In this document: positions 20,220 through 31,800 of the stretch, piece after piece
How positions within the stretch are numbered: the first letter of the stretch is position 1
How the letters are laid out: each line of letters starts with the position of its first letter
From: Nemertoderma westbladi
Lineage: Eukaryota; Animalia; Xenacoelomorpha
Direction of reading: 5' to 3'
NCBI GenBank assembly: GCA_032718475.1
Contig: JAUCBJ010003487.1
Coordinates: forward strand, 1-43,031
DNA: 43,031 nt
Translations under genes and position numbers: made by a program
The notes under the pieces: generated by a model
Databases searched by the model: none
The model's input: the letters and a program-made list of their open reading frames with translations, nothing else
Told to the model about the DNA's origin: nothing

Positions 20220-21987
20220 TGTAAAAGCTTTTGCGGGATATAACTGGCCCTTTTCTCCGCAATGTACTGTGTAAGGTGTTTTTAGAGGACATAACTAGCG
20301 ATTTATCCGCTGTGTCTGCATGTGTGCTTTAGCGGACATAAAAATCCAGTTTTCCCACAATGCGCTCAAATACTCTAAACTACCTAACTCAAATGACGCA
20401 ATCTACCAACCGATTTGCTGTACGCCTATAGTCTCTTTGTTCTGTTCGATCAACCAATCAGAACAATGATCCACCAATCAGAGCGATTTCGCCTTGTGTT
20501 GAATATGGGCTGCAAAAACCCGAATAGTTCGGCATTTAGACATTCGTGGAACCTACAGAATCTGGAACTCGGCCAATGAGAGCTGTTTCTCTTTGTGTTG
20601 AAAGATACCTACAACAGCCCAGAGGGATCAGTTGTGTTGGTTTTTTCCGAGCCTAGAAGACCGGCTTTGGAATCTCTGTGTTTTCAGGCTTTAGCCCAAC
20701 ATTAGTAGGCTTAATTATAGAACGTATATCTGTTATCTTACTTACTTAACAAATCAATCATAACATAACATATCATAACCATTCATACCTTAACATTTGT
20801 ACTGCTATTTACTGTCGGTTATTCATTATATCAGTTGATGGAATATTATTATATTGGATAATATCGATAAATTAATCATAAAACCCTCAATCTTCTTGAT
20901 ATACTGAAGGTAAGAGAGACCGGTTACATATAACGATTGCGACTTACATTAACATGTCGTACGTATATTAGAACAACTAGCATTATTGATGCTATAAGTT
21001 GACAGCACACGATTACTGGACTACATAAACATAAAACATTGTCAGCTCCAGCGCCAATAAAAAAAAAAAGAAAAATACAATTCTCAGATGCACAATGCAT
21101 AAAGAAATAACAACATATATTATACATCATAGATTTGAGTAGTTACAATTTTATTGATATAGGTTAAGTTACATATTCGATTATAGCAATAACAATGTAT
21201 TTCTAAGTTTGGTAGCCTTACTAATAAAGATAGATAGATTTTTTACTTCAGATCTGGACTGGGATGATAATAATTTGCGGTACTTAAAAACGGATGGAAA
21301 TAATTGATAATACATTTTAATAAATTCTATTCTTAGTTCTCTGTATGCGGGACAAATCAGTAAAAAATGAAGTTCATCCTCAATTTTTTGAGTTACAGAT
21401 TCGACACAATCTCTCGGAAGGCTCCTGTCGCTCCCACCGGCCTACCTCCACTTGCAACCTGCTTCATTAAAGTGGTTTTGAAGTGAATCTAATGCTATTT
21501 CATAGGCACTACATGTATCGGTCGTTGTTCTCTTTATATGTGACTAAATTAGTGAAGGTCGGCAGATCGGTGTGCAGCATTGTGCAGTAGTGTGTATGAT
21601 TGTGACTGATAACAAAGCATCTCCTAAAGCATGCGCTATATACGTGAATCCATAGCCATCCCGTTGTGTCTAGTTTAAGTCATAACTCTGTTTACATATT
21701 TAGAGCGCCACGTCCTAAAGGAACTGTTAATATTTCCCGAAAGTGAATAATATTTGTCAGAGATTATATATTACGATCAGTCGAATAATACAGTAGGCCT
21801 ACACCGCAATAAGGTTAGGCTTCCGAATCCAGTCTCCCGGGTATATCCAGCGGGTGAATGATCGCGCATAGACTGGCTTCGGCTAATGTAGTGTATCAAA
21901 TACTCGTCATAGGCTAAAGTCGATTTATTATCTAGAAGACATCCAAATTTGGCAGGTTAAACTGCTAAAGGTCTGAAAGCGCGAACA
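20220..21987 (+). repeat. 3' LTR (1768 bp including a 512-bp insertion plus a 6-bp duplication)
   Basis: Direct repeat of 8850-10099. The length difference of 518 equals 512+6. Confidence 0.95.
20953..21464. mobile_element. Unclassified 512-bp insertion in the 3' LTR with a CATTAA duplication
   Basis: CATTAA at 20947-20952 and 21465-21470; the site is single in the 5' LTR. Confidence 0.85.
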
Positions 21988-22461
21988 GAGTATTACACAC
22001 TTCCACTGATCAATTTAATTACCTTGTTAAATAAATCCATTTCCTTGAAATCAATTCTCTGTGGAGGTCATGGGTTCGATCTCCACATGGGGGCCAATGG
22101 ACTTTCCGATTCATCCTCTGCGCTTTTAGAGTGACTAGCCAGGGCATATATCTTCCTTGCATAATTAAACGGTCGCTAAATGAGTAGTGATTCCTCCCGG
22201 AAGTATAGATAGTTCTTGGGGGACCGCACTGGACATAAGTCGTTAGAGTTTGTGCTTCAATAAGTACAGCAAATGTCAGTTAAAGCACGATGGGCGTAAG
22301 TCGATTAATATTTTTATGCAGCGGACCCTGATAAATACTACAGTACAACAATAAAACTTTGCACAGCTAACAATTATATTAACCATAATAAATATAGATA
22401 CTTGTAATTGAATTAAAACGATAAACTACTAGGATCGGCATGCTGCATTGCAGCTGCATTT

Positions 22462-22845
22462 TTAAGAATGCTGTCCCGGCTTATCGACAAAATTGCACCG
22501 CCACAACTCCCTATCACCCATGACATTTGCTAGATCATCCACATCTTCAAGGCCAGTGTCCTTTAAGATGCGTCTCAAGAAAGTCATGGGCTGTCCACCA
22601 TGCTTATTCACTCCATGAGGCTGCCAAAGTACAAGATTATGCACTGGCTGGTCCTCACGGCGAAAGCAATGTCCTGCAAAGCGGAGGCGCTTTTGTTCTA
22701 GTGTCAAGCTTGGGGGAACCAATGAGACACCTCCAATGTTATATAGTGTCTGGTTGGAGATGTGTGCATTGTACTTGACACAATGAACACGGCGTAGCAT
22801 TCTTGTGAATGTGCCATCCAGAGATTTGGTGTCCTCAGCAGTTAG
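22462..22845 (-). mobile_element. 5'-truncated RTE-like LINE fragment (RT C-terminal region)
   Basis: LDGTFTRMLRR...SNQTLY...RLRFAGHCFR...LVLWQP...DTGL...MGDRELWR is characteristic of RTE-type ORF ends. The first ~70 aa of the listed ORF are read-in from flanking DNA. Confidence 0.85.
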
Positions 22846-24337
22846 ATAAAAACGATAAAATGTTCTAAAAAGACACACATATACTGTACCTAAAAAATGG
22901 AGATACCTTTCATAGTAGTGCCTCTCAAACTCTCTTTCAGTAAAAGTAATACAAATAGATACCGGTACCGTAAAATACACTAACTTGGTACACAAAACAA
23001 AAACAATGCAAGCTATATGAATCATATGCGAAAAAAATAGAAGCAAATTTCGCAAATTTTGTTTTAGAACAAAGTTTTATATCAAAATTAATAGAAAATC
23101 CAAGCTGATCAACAAGTTGACCTGCGTTCTGAAATAATATTACATCATTTATATTACTTTAGAGTACCTACTGTACTGTACCTCTATTTGTTCATGGGGG
23201 ACCAGAGATGACTGGTATATTGAACTCTGGTGAATGGTCAGCTCAAGTGAAACGAAAGCATTCCCAACTGTAGTTATACAATGCACAATGCACAGCACAC
23301 AGCAGTAGAGGGGCATTAGCAGTAGGCCTACAGTAAGCATATACCCAATTGGGGTGTCGTTTCAGCGTATTTTAACATATTAACTTAATTTCGCGAATAT
23401 TTAATTTCGATATTCACCATTTAAGGTACCTTTTAAAGGAAAGTAGGAAATTAAAGTTATAATGGCAGGGTTTTCTAACCAAAACACTAAACTAAATTTA
23501 GGAACACAGTTTAGTAAAAATTTTACTTCTAGGGTCTAATTTTTCAATATTAATTTAACATTAACCTTTTAACATTGAACTTGAGCAAGTTTGAAACAAG
23601 TTCGATTTGATCTGGAGTCAAACGTTCGAGAGGTATTTGCCCGTAACTTTCAAAAATATTGGAAATTTTTCTCTAGTATGCCCATACAAAATTTGGTTGA
23701 AAATGTTTAAAATCTTCAAAAGTTATTTACGAATGAATACGTTACAGACAGACAGACAGACAGACATTAAATTTTGCCCTATTTACTAATTATAATTATG
23801 CACTAAGAGGCTCGCCCTGACTGCGTAACTCGCCCCATATCTGGTTTGGCGGGCTGGCGTTAATGTAACTTCAGCACAGTTTGCCTTGCCTGACGGCTTA
23901 GGGATATTTTTCAATATAAAATAATACCAATATGATGTGCTCCTACAGTACCAACGTTTACAACCCCCCCCCAGCCCTCTTAGTTAAGTGCTGTGCTTGC
24001 TAACTGCGACATGGGGCCTTTAGCTATTGTTTTGGCTGACCATGGGAGGCCCGTGGGCCCAGATCGTTAATAAGGGAAGGGGGCCCGGGAATTTCCCCGA
24101 ACAGATGTATGGTGGCCACAACGCTACTGCTTATATTCATGTTAAAGTGAGTGTTATTTAATAATTTCCGGGTTAGATTATTCTGCAAAATGCCTCTTAT
24201 GGTACCGGTACAGTAAGCACAGATAACATCTGAAACGGTGATTTGGAGATACCTTGAAATTTGAAGGTACCTGCATGGCTACCTTGAAATTTATCGCGAA
24301 CCTTGACTTAAACTCAAGTCAAGATTTATTATCAAGG

Positions 24338-24390
24338 GTTAGCGCCTTAGAAATCCTGTACTTGGAAAGGCGCTATATAAATAAATATTA
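24338..24390 (+). repeat. L2/SINE-type 3' tail remnant
   Basis: agcgccttag...aaggcgctatataaat stem-loop followed by an AT-rich tail. Confidence 0.5.
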
Positions 24391-24439
24391 GTAATATATA
24401 TAATATATAATAATTAAATATTATTATTAATTAATTAAA

Positions 24440-24560
24440 CAGGACTAAGGATGATCCAACTCTATAGCAAATGGAGCATGAATTCGATCCCAGCCAGCGG
24501 GGATCGAACCCGCGTCTCCCGATAAACGTTCAGGTATGCTAACCACTACACCACGGAGGC
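24440..24560 (-). mobile_element. tRNA-derived SINE head or tRNA pseudogene
   Basis: Minus strand GCCTCCGTGGTGTAGTGGTTAGCA...GCGGGTTCGATCCCCGC has good A and B boxes, but the acceptor stem does not close. Confidence 0.75.
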
Positions 24561-24724
24561 AAATATTTAAATATTATTATTATTATTTAATTTTTTTATT
24601 CCAAAATTGTAACATATTACTCAACGCCGTTAGTATTAACAGCGAGTTGTTATTTAGCACTTTACAACTTTAGAGGACATTACAGCATTGTATTGGCCTG
24701 TACATTTAGTATTGTATTTGGTGT

Positions 24725-24813
24725 TATTGTTTACGTGGTAACCATGACGGCGTTAAGTAATGTCCCCCTAGTGGACATTACTTAACGCCGTCATGGTTAC
24801 CACGTAAACAATA
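24725..24813. repeat. Perfect inverted repeat, 41-bp arms, 7-nt spacer
   Basis: 24725-24765 is the exact reverse complement of 24773-24813. Confidence 0.95.
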
Positions 24814-25081
24814 GGTGGAAATTTGCCTGACAGCCAGATAGGCCTACTGCATTACCTACCGGTAGGCGGGGTATAGCTATTAATAACCAGTAGGGCCTAG
24901 CTATATTATTATAACATGGCTCCAAACGCCACGATAAATATAAGCTAACTTATTTATAACATAATTTATGTCATTTTTACATTTATTTATACAGCAACTA
25001 ATATAATTTGTGCAGTTTCTATCACTTATAATGTATATGTACAATCATTTCGTAATGTTAAAATTTTGGAATAAAACTACA

Positions 25082-25218
25082 TACATACTTGTTGCAAAGT
25101 ACTTTACAGTGTTCTGATCCTCGTGGCTTTATTTTCACTCACTCACTAACGTTCGTTCGTGTAACAAAGCCACTCGGATCATCACACTGTAAAGTGCTAC
25201 TTTACACACAAGTATGTA
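25082..25218. repeat. Imperfect palindromic (hairpin MITE-like) element
   Basis: Nested pairs tacatacttgt/acaagtatgta, ctttacagtgt/acactgtaaag, tgatcc/ggatca and gtggcttt/aaagccac. Confidence 0.85.
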
Positions 25219-25608
25219 AATAGTTATTACAGGCTTGAAATTTAAAGTTTACCTAGAGGAAATTCTCAAGTCTACATTAAGGTTGACCTTGAAATATTTC
25301 AAATAGGAATACTAGTAAAATAGATTCAAGGTTAGTATCAAGGTCAATCTCAAGATTTTTTAAGTTACTCGGCCAGGGAGTATACAATATGTATACGGTG
25401 TTCTAGAACTCAACATTGTTGCCACAGTAACAATGATTGATGTTTAAAAAGTGTAGTGCTATAAGGAACTCTAGACAACTTAGCTAAGTTGTGTGCACAA
25501 GATATTAAGTTGTGCGCACAACTTAGGAAATAAATATATTTTCCCAAATGTCCCTTTAGGAGCTCCGTATAAAACACATACACAAAAGGATCAAAATTTT
25601 GGTACCCA

Positions 25609-26469
25609 GGCTATAAGGTACTGGTGTTTTATAGGTACGGTACACCCCCCCCCCCTCAAAATTGCTAATATAATATAGCAAATTTTGGCCAACATTTTTT
25701 GCAAATGTTCTAGAACATGTCATATACCGGTATTTAATAATTTATATAATAAAATATTCTAGAACAAATATTCTTTGTTCTACAACCAATTTTTCAAAAC
25801 TTTCTAATAATATTTTTTATTAGCTATATCATGTACATTATGTTATCAAGGTAATTATATTTTCTTCTAGATCATTTTAATTTCTATAGCGAAGATTTAT
25901 GATTACACGATGTAAAAATGTCTGATTTGAGTTTAGAGGAATTGTGTAAGAAATTAATAATTCTTATACAGTATAAGTCTTCTTTGTAATTTATTTCTGA
26001 ATATATAACCTCAATACAATGAAATCCTTTTCTTAAAATTAGCTATTGGAAAAAACTACCGGTAGCTACACCCCACCCACCCACTCATCTTGCCAGCAAC
26101 GATTAAAATTAGATGAAACAATTTCTTCAAAAATAACAAAATATGTTATATATTTAAAAATAAAATGTTCTTGAGCTTGAATTTATTTTGTTCTATAACT
26201 TTTCTTTCCAGTTCTGAATAGCGAAGATGTTCTAGAACATTATTCAAAAATAAAAATACCCATTAATTTTTTATTATTTTTTAAAATTGTTCTAGAACAA
26301 AAAAATATTTGTTTTAGAACATATATTATTTTTTTAAATTAGCATGTTCTGGAACATGTTCATAAAAAGAAATAGCACAAACTAGCCAGTAAAAAAAAGT
26401 TTGAGGGGGGGTTGGTGTACCTATGTGACACCCTTGGGTGTGTTATCGCCGTGTTATGTTCCTATAGCC
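25609..26469. mobile_element. Degenerate non-autonomous DNA transposon (MITE-like) with long imperfect TIRs
   Basis: ggctata...gtacaccccccccctcaaa versus tttgagggggggttggtgtac...tatagcc, with repeated internal tgttctagaaca palindromes. No TSD seen. Confidence 0.55.
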
Positions 26470-27134
26470 GGTGGTGCGACGAAACTAATGGCGTTGAGAG
26501 TGTAGTCAAAGAATATTCATTCAAATGATGTTTTTCTGTACAAAATTTTGTGGAAATCAAAATTACAAAATATGTTAATTCGGCCGCTTTCCAATGCACC
26601 AATTTTCCCCGATATTTCACCATTTGTTATACATTTGCTACAATTTGTTATACATATAGATTACCAGCCAGTTTCGTAGGGTACCTTCTCCAACGATTTT
26701 ACGTGAACTTTATTCGTCTACAAGGAAGTCAGATGAGTAGCCTAGCTGTTTGTTACAAAGACAGTGGTCTGGAAAACTAAATTTAAACTGAATGTACATT
26801 ATTATAAGCTGCCAGTTACTTACAAACATATCATAGTACTTCAGTTAGAGTTTCTTTCCTAATTCTAGAATACTATATGTTAGTGCTAGCAGCAACAGTA
26901 ATATTTATTGAACATTATTGTATAATTATCGATCCGCGTCATTATTACTCAAGCAAGAAAAATAAATATACTGTAGCTCAGGTTGGCCATACTTAAAAAT
27001 CTTTTGCCAACAAACCTAAAGAAATCGAGGGTATTTTAGAAATTAGAAAAACGATGTTGGTTCTATGCTGCTTCTATTGAATTTCACCTTATTATTGTCC
27101 TTTTTATTTTTATTTATACTCCAGAGTCCACTAA

Positions 27135-27588
27135 GGGCTAACTTCTGCAAACAGTAATACGTCAGCCATCAACCGTGACACGTCAACATTGGTGTTTATG
27201 GGCTAACTTCCGCACACAGAAACACGCAACCATCAACAATAACACGTCAACCATCAACAGTAACACATCAAACATCAACCGTGACACGTCAACACTGGTG
27301 TATACGGGCTAACTTCCCCCAACAGTAACACGTCAGCCATCAACCGTGACACGTCAACATTGGTGTTTATGGGCTAACTTCCGCACACAGAAACACGCAA
27401 CCATCCACAATAACACGTCAACCATCAACAGTAACACATCAACCGTGACACGTCAACACTTGTGTATACGGGCTAACTTCCCCCAACAGTAACACATAAA
27501 ACATCAACCGTGACACGTCAACACTGGTGTATACGGGCTAACTTCCACTAACAGTAACACGTCAAACATCGACCGTTACACGTCAACT
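27135..27588. repeat. Modular minisatellite
   Basis: Six gggctaacttc heads (27135, 27200, 27306, 27371, 27470, 27535), each followed by 2-4 ~21-bp aac(a/c)gt(a/g)acacgtcaaccatc subunits. Confidence 0.9.
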
Positions 27589-27789
27589 TTGCGGTGAACC
27601 GGTTACCTTTACCATACCTACAGTCGTGTAAATCTAATCAACAGACGCTGTCGCAAAGGGTTCGCTAAATCAAGTAATAATATCATTTTTTAGAAACTTT
27701 TTAGAAACTTTTAATTAATAATAAATCACTATTCGTTTTATCAAACCTAATTCCATTAACAATAATTAATAAATGTGCCTTATTGGTGT

Positions 27790-28813
27790 ATGAATGAATT
27801 GAATGAATTGAATTTTAATGTCATGGGCTCATGCCCCCAGCAGCTAGCGGCTTACCAGACACCAGATTATAATAATGCACAGCACTATAACACAAAAATA
27901 TATTTAAAAAGAGAGATGAATAACTATAATTATAGACAAAACTGAATATAGCTGAAATATATGATAGAGAAAATATTCGAATTTACAAATCAGTAATCAA
28001 TTACAAATGATTGTACAATATATTTTTCCGTTCATCAAACAATGAAGATAAATATTTAACCGCACCAACTTGATTATCGCACATGAAATATTTAAGTTTT
28101 TGTTGATTATTTAATTTACGTATATCTAGTGGTATAGAAGAGCGGTCTAAAGCACTACAGTCACTCAGAAAGTGGACCTCATCCTCGATCTCGCCAGATC
28201 GGCACACAGTGCAAATGCGGTCTTCTAATGACCTGCCCTGGAACCGACCCACCTCGATCGCTAGAGGAAGAACTCCACACCGGAATTGAGCCATTAGACT
28301 GCGCTGGCTACGTGTAACACACTTATTAACAACATATTGCTCTGCACCGAAAATACTTTTAAATTTAATATAGGTACGTAGTTTAGGTTTCGATTTTAAT
28401 TCAGAACTCCACTTATCTTCAAAATATTTATCGCATGATTTGCTAAAATTATTTAAATTAACCTTAAGTTTCCTATGGTAAGAGTCTGTAAAATTAAGCA
28501 CCTTGAAAATACTTAGCATTTCATTGCACCACCCTGAGGTGTCACCATGATCAACATTAAAAATCTGTTTAGGCAGACGGTCATCTGTCATTTCCACCAA
28601 TCGGTTCCAGCGCCTAGCCAAGCTAAGATAACGTCTGTGTTGAGGATAAATCCAGCCCATTTCACCTTCAACTGCCAAGTTTGGTGTGAACTTATGGACA
28701 CCTAAGAATGATCGCATCACCTTTCGGTGTACAGTATCAATATCTGGTGCAGCTAGATACCCCCAAACACCAGACGCATAATCCAGGATGGGACAAACGC
28801 ATGAATTATATAA
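27790..28813 (-). mobile_element. 5'-truncated LINE (RTEX/CR1-like) with C-terminal CCHC finger and (ATTC/AATTC)n tail
   Basis: PILDYASGVWG...WNRL...KLRTYIKFK...FRCGVLPLAIEVGR...CTVC...EDEVHFLSDC. Stop at 28001, then a 3' UTR ending ATTAAAATTCAATTCATTCAATTCATTCAT. Confidence 0.85.
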
Positions 28814-31800
28814 TCCTAGTTTATCCTGTGGAGTGGACAACTCACCTATATAATAGTCGGCAGCTACAGTAGAATTCCAAACCTGCATGATCCCTGACAT
28901 GTTTAGCTTGGTTCGGAACTTGGGTTGTCCAGCAAAGATGACTTCGGCTAGTTCTTTATCGATGAATGTTCCTGTGCTACCGGAGTCCAGGAGGGCGTTC
29001 ACTATATAGCTCTTCTGAGGTCCGTGGACCCGTAACTGGACTACAGGAAATTCTCGGATTCCTATATTGGAAGTTGGCGTTTTCCAAGATGGTTGTTGAT
29101 CAGAAGTAGTTAAGGTAAGGTCGCTGTCTGTGTCTTTTTCATGCACGAGTGCTCGATACACTGCGGTGGTGTTTATTAGGTAACAGGATTCGTTTTGGTC
29201 GGAGAACTCGTCCGTATAGAATCCTTCCATCTCAGATTGATCAGTGTCGTTCACATCACTGAATTGGACATGTAGTTCGGACTCACTTACCTGACTCGGG
29301 CTGTTTCGTTCGAATTCCGTGTGCAACAAGATATGATGTTTGGCGCCGCACTTTGCACACCTTGCGTCGGAGTAACAGGTTCGCCGTTGGTGTCCTTGTC
29401 TGAGGCAATTATAACACAACCGCTTATCCCACATGACTTCACGTCTATCCTTTAGTGATTTCCTCAGGAATTTATCACACGCATTTAAACGGTGGGGCCC
29501 GTCGCACAGCACACATTTCGGCTTGATGTTACTTACTTTAACCTGTGCTATGTGGTGCACACTTGTTCTTTCCTCGGGCTTTCTCACCTGAATTCTTTTA
29601 GGAGACGTAGGAGGGGTTTTTTGTACCGGTTCCCTTCTGTCATTGGGTCGAGACTTGGATTTACTTACCTGATCTTTAGGCATTTTATTGACATAATAAG
29701 ACCTGTCAGTGTCTTTCCCGCTGTCCTCTCCTTGAGAGGTTTGGCTTTCACCGTCGTCGGTATAACATACTGGTGTTACCCTTCTCCTAGAAACGGGTTT
29801 CTCACTTACCTTACTTTCCGCTGTCTTCTCTCTGGACTGCTTTATGAGCTGTAATTTCACCTCGCTATCCAAGAATGACATGAGATCAGCCATGGTAGGG
29901 TCTCGTTGTTGTTGTTCCATCATGTATAACACTTTCTTGTCCCAGCGTGTACCTACTCTACCCTTCGGTAAAGTAGAAGCCACTGCTCTAATAACCATAG
30001 CACTCTGATACTCATGAGACTTACCTAGCCAATCTAATTGTCTGCAGATCTCCTGAATTTCATCGGAAAACTCTATAATCCCGCTGCTAATAAACTTTCG
30101 GGGCGCTACCAACTTTGCATACAAATACCCAGCTATGTTATTCCTATTACCATACCTGATGTTTAGTGTATCCCAAACTTGTCTTAATCCGTCTGGATGT
30201 CCAATAAACCTTAACGCCATTAACTTGGGAGGTCCTTCCAAGCACTCGATGAGGAATCTAAGTTTCTCTCCATTAGATAGTACAGAGTTCTGTATGTTAT
30301 CTTTGTAATATTCATTAAAAGGTAACCATTTCATCTCATCTCCATTGAACTTGACGATCTCTCCCACCTTTACCGCTTGCCGGGCTTCGGTTCTAGCCAT
30401 TTGACGCGTAAAACTTTCTTGGGCCATCGTGTTATTTAATATCGAGTTATCGGTATATAAATTTCTCGGATTATGATCAGGTCTATAGGGAATGTCATTA
30501 TCAACAGGTCTATAATTACCCTTAATAGGGTTCACTATAGGAGTTTCTACTTCGCTAGCAGTATATATGCGTGTAGGCTCCACACCTTGCGCATGAGATA
30601 CTTCAGACCTAACAGGTTGACACATTGTTACCGAGGGTGGTGGTATACCCCTTTGTGTATTTACTAATTTATCGCGTTCTAGCGCGATACTTTGCTGCAC
30701 TTCTTGCAACTCTAGCCTACTTTCCCTTACTGTGCCCTTGAATTGCTGAACAGTCTCCTGCATCTGCCCGAGCAGGAGATCCATCCCCCGCCGTCTCTCG
30801 TCCACCCATTCGACCGCCGAAGCGGGAGTCGCCAACGTTGTAGCGGGCGGACGAGGGACAACGGGCGACAAATCATGAATATTTCGCTCGGGGTCCAGGA
30901 CCTGAACTGTCTCCTGGGCAGTTCTACTGGGCACAGGTAGCTTAGTGCTATGCAGAGGGAATTTAGAGGTAACTTCAGGGAGCACAGGTGTGTCTATCAC
31001 CGAAGGGGTGATTTCAAGAACAGGCCTAATTATTTCAGGCTCATCTACTATAGTAGGGAGTCTTTCTATTTTAATTATTTGGTCTGTGGGCTCTGTACTA
31101 CCTAAGTTGGTGTTATTTAGTTGCCTTCTAACAGCTGGAGGCAAATCAGGCAATTTCTGACGGTGGAATGTTCTTTTACGTCTGCTTAGACGAGATCTAT
31201 TTCCTTTGCCTTCAGTATCGGTGGTATCGCCTTCCTCAGATGATGTATATCCCTGTCTTTTGGGAGTAGATCGATTCATCATCTGCATATTACTAGCTGT
31301 TAACTGTTTATTTATGCAGTCTTGATTCTCCTGAATGTTTTCCAATTCTAATTGGGTGGTTTCTTCGGACGCTCTCCGTTCTGCTTCTGCCACTGCCTCG
31401 GCCGCCTTTCTTTCAGCTTCGCCGCTTTGCTTCTGCCGCTGCTCTGCCGCCTTGCCTCTGCCGCTGCCTCTCGCCTTTGCCTCTGCCGCTGCCTCTGCCG
31501 CTGCCGCTTTTCTTTCTGCTTCTGCCGCTGCCACTGCTGCTGCCACTGCCGCTGTCTTTCTGTCTTCTATACGTTTTTTCTTTACTTGCTCCTCCTGGAC
31601 TCGTGTGATGCGGAGTTGTTCATCAAATTTAGCCTGGTTCGCAGCCCTCATTTCCACATCGATGGCATCCAACACAAGCTTGGTTCCTTCACTATTAGGG
31701 CTAAGTCCCTCTAACCTTCTCCTCAACTCGTCATCACCTAAAAAACGTTGATAGTCTGACAGATAGATGTCAATGGCATCCCTCTTATGCGGTTTCTCTG

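Larger units (their letters stand above)
8850..21987 (+). mobile_element. Full-length, non-autonomous BEL/Pao LTR retrotransposon (copy 1)
   Basis: Two LTRs TGTAAAAG...GCGAACA and a 5-bp TSD GAGTA (8845-8849 and 21988-21992). Carries the BEL triple zinc knuckle and protease; no RT YxDD and no integrase core. Confidence 0.95.

Noticed and set aside
24490-24560. Functional tRNA gene
   Set aside because: A and B boxes are present but the acceptor and anticodon stems are defective; treated as a SINE head.
25700-26360. Heat-shock element cluster (TTCTAGAA)
   Set aside because: Mostly two-unit palindromes inside a MITE-like element; more simply explained as internal transposon repeats.
27770-27790. 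Resumption of BEL sequence or a TSD after the LINE tail
   Set aside because: Only a loose ACAC..ATAAGG similarity to copy 1 at about 16218-16232 and nothing beyond it.
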